Source of the DNA: Octopus sinensis
Taxonomy: Eukaryota
Assembly (NCBI RefSeq): GCF_006345805.1
Contig: NC_042998.1
Coordinates: forward strand, 19,344,001-19,408,000
Reading direction: 5' to 3'
Length of the DNA stretch: 64,000 bases
Position 1 is the first letter of the stretch. Every line of letters begins with the position of its first letter. The position numbers and the translations under genes were made by a program. The notes below the pieces were generated by a model. That model worked only from the letters and a program-made list of their open reading frames with translations. It made no database searches and was not told where the DNA came from. Shown here piece after piece: positions 62,444 to 64,000 of the stretch.

Positions 62444-63812
62444 TAAGGTACAACCGTTTAAAGTCATGATTACAACCTATACATGCGAATATATACTAAT
62501 TTTTCGGAGAACCATGTCAGAATCGAATACGTTAGAACAAAATTAATGACAAAACTTAATCAGAATTTGGGTGCGTGACCATTTTCCTAAAATTGCAGTT
62601 GATGTGAGATTTATGCGATTATCGACGACACTGATTTGAATAAAGAGGGGTTTTCAAATATAGCTTATTTATATTCATGACATACCATTAATATATCGTT
62701 TATGTGTTGCAGATAATAAAAAAATTGGTTATCAGCAATTAGGATTAGAGTCATATAATATATATACACACATATACGAACAGATATATCTATCTATCAC
62801 AATGTATGCATATGTGTAAACCCATATATACGTGCGTGTAGGCCAGTGTGGGTGTTCATGTGTACGCGTATGTATGTATGCATCTATGTAGATATGTAAC
62901 TATGTAAATAAGTAACTATGTATTTATATTATACTTAAAGCAGTTACATCAGTGGGACATGATTAAATGCAGAAGATGCTATGAGATATTAATTTTAACA
63001 CACGTATACCATTCCGAAACAGTTACAATTATTAGTAGCACCCTAGAATCGGAAAGGGTCAAGGGGGTTCCGCTTGCTAAATGCGCATTTATGGCTCTTT
63101 CAGTATTATCAATAGCAAGATTCAACTGACAAACGCATGGTAAGACAAAATCAGCCGCTAATGATATAATAACCTACGATCGAAAACTTATCAATTTAGC
63201 CGGTGGTTGAATAAAAATTGGGCATGTTCGATAGAAGCAGTATCGGTTTAATATAACGATCCGTATCACAGGTAGATACACCATTGACATCATAATTAAC
63301 AACTGTATGGACTTGGTTATAGTTTCGCTTATAAAGGTATAGTATTAAAAGCACAGAAATACATCAATTTACTATTTCAAATTAATACTGCAGCGGCGGT
63401 AGCAATGCTTAATGCGTATTTCTTCCTCTACGTGCGAAATATTGCAGCAGATTAAAATCATCCATAAATTGGATGGTTTTAGTCTTCTGGTGATAAATTT
63501 TGTGCGTTTTTAATTTTATAAATTTATAAGAGGTTTTATATATATATATATACATACATACAGACACGCACTCACACACATATATATATATATATAAATA
63601 AATTATGAGAGGTAATGTGTCGTTGAGACCCAAAGGTGTCAGGTAATGCTGAATAAGTACTAAACATAGACCATATATATCATTTTGCCATGAAAAAATG
63701 GATTTACAAATTCAATATCCCTACATATCTCACATCTATTTTCTTTCCTCCACTTCACTCTCTATTTTGTATCACATCTAAATTAACTATTGCTTAACTA
63801 TCCTCTCACACC

Positions 63813-63860
63813 GTCTCCGATGAAGGGATATAATAAATATAATGGAAACAGCTGTAAAAC
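63813..63860 (+). ncRNA. Degenerate hammerhead motif (Penelope-like end)
   Basis: GTCT-CCGATGA-AGGGATAT...-GAAA-CAGCTG-TA-AAAC; palindromic helix III ACAGCTGT, core U4 mutated, helix II poor. Confidence 0.45.
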
Positions 63861-63936
63861 CATCTATCTATAAATGTTCTAAAATCTACTCAGCCTTGGT
63901 TTTTTATCTCATTACGAAAAAAAAAAACGGTGACCG

Positions 63937-63997
63937 GATAACTGAAGAGATGCCGGCGTGGATTTCCACCTCGGCATCCGAAACTCGGAGTTTTATC
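63937..63997 (+). ncRNA. Type I hammerhead ribozyme motif
   Basis: Helix I GATAA/TTATC; core CTGAAGA and GAAA; helix II GATGCCG/CGGCATC extended by GTGG-ATTT-CCAC; helix III ACTC-G-GAGT; GUU triplet. Confidence 0.75.
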
Positions 63998-64000
63998 ATG

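Noticed and set aside
63104-63139. Micro-exon candidates (also 4344-4383 +, 22620-22653 -, about 37740-37767 +)
   Set aside because: AG...GT pairs of this quality are expected by chance in 64 kb of AT-rich DNA; no recognisable peptide.

Overview
AT-rich, repeat-dominated eukaryotic genomic DNA. The SINE families and the dense (TA)n/(GATA)n/(TAA)n microsatellites suggest an octopod (coleoid cephalopod) genome; this is an inference from recognition, not a database result. No intact host protein-coding gene is visible, and most listed ORFs are microsatellite or SINE artefacts. The window holds about 40 tRNA-derived SINE copies from several families. It also holds a near-full-length but inactivated CR1-like APE-RT LINE (52005-55470, -) with two more 3' fragments, two Tx1/L1-like 3' fragments, and a restriction-like-endonuclease (R4/Dong-type) LINE end plus a second probable LINE end, both at (TAA)n. 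DNA transposon remnants include two mariners, a Tc1, a FLYWCH-MULE, a Helitron helicase region, a non-autonomous Helitron and a piggyBac-like MITE. The most notable signal is a set of minimal type I hammerhead ribozyme motifs (CUGANGA...GAAA with a palindromic helix III) in five unrelated repeat families. They are typically in the head-to-head inverted layout known for Penelope-like element ends. One family (3 copies) fuses a tRNA-Ile-like Pol III head to a hammerhead-bearing tail, making it a candidate self-cleaving SINE mobilised by Penelope-like machinery. A few isolated exon and intron candidates are low confidence.
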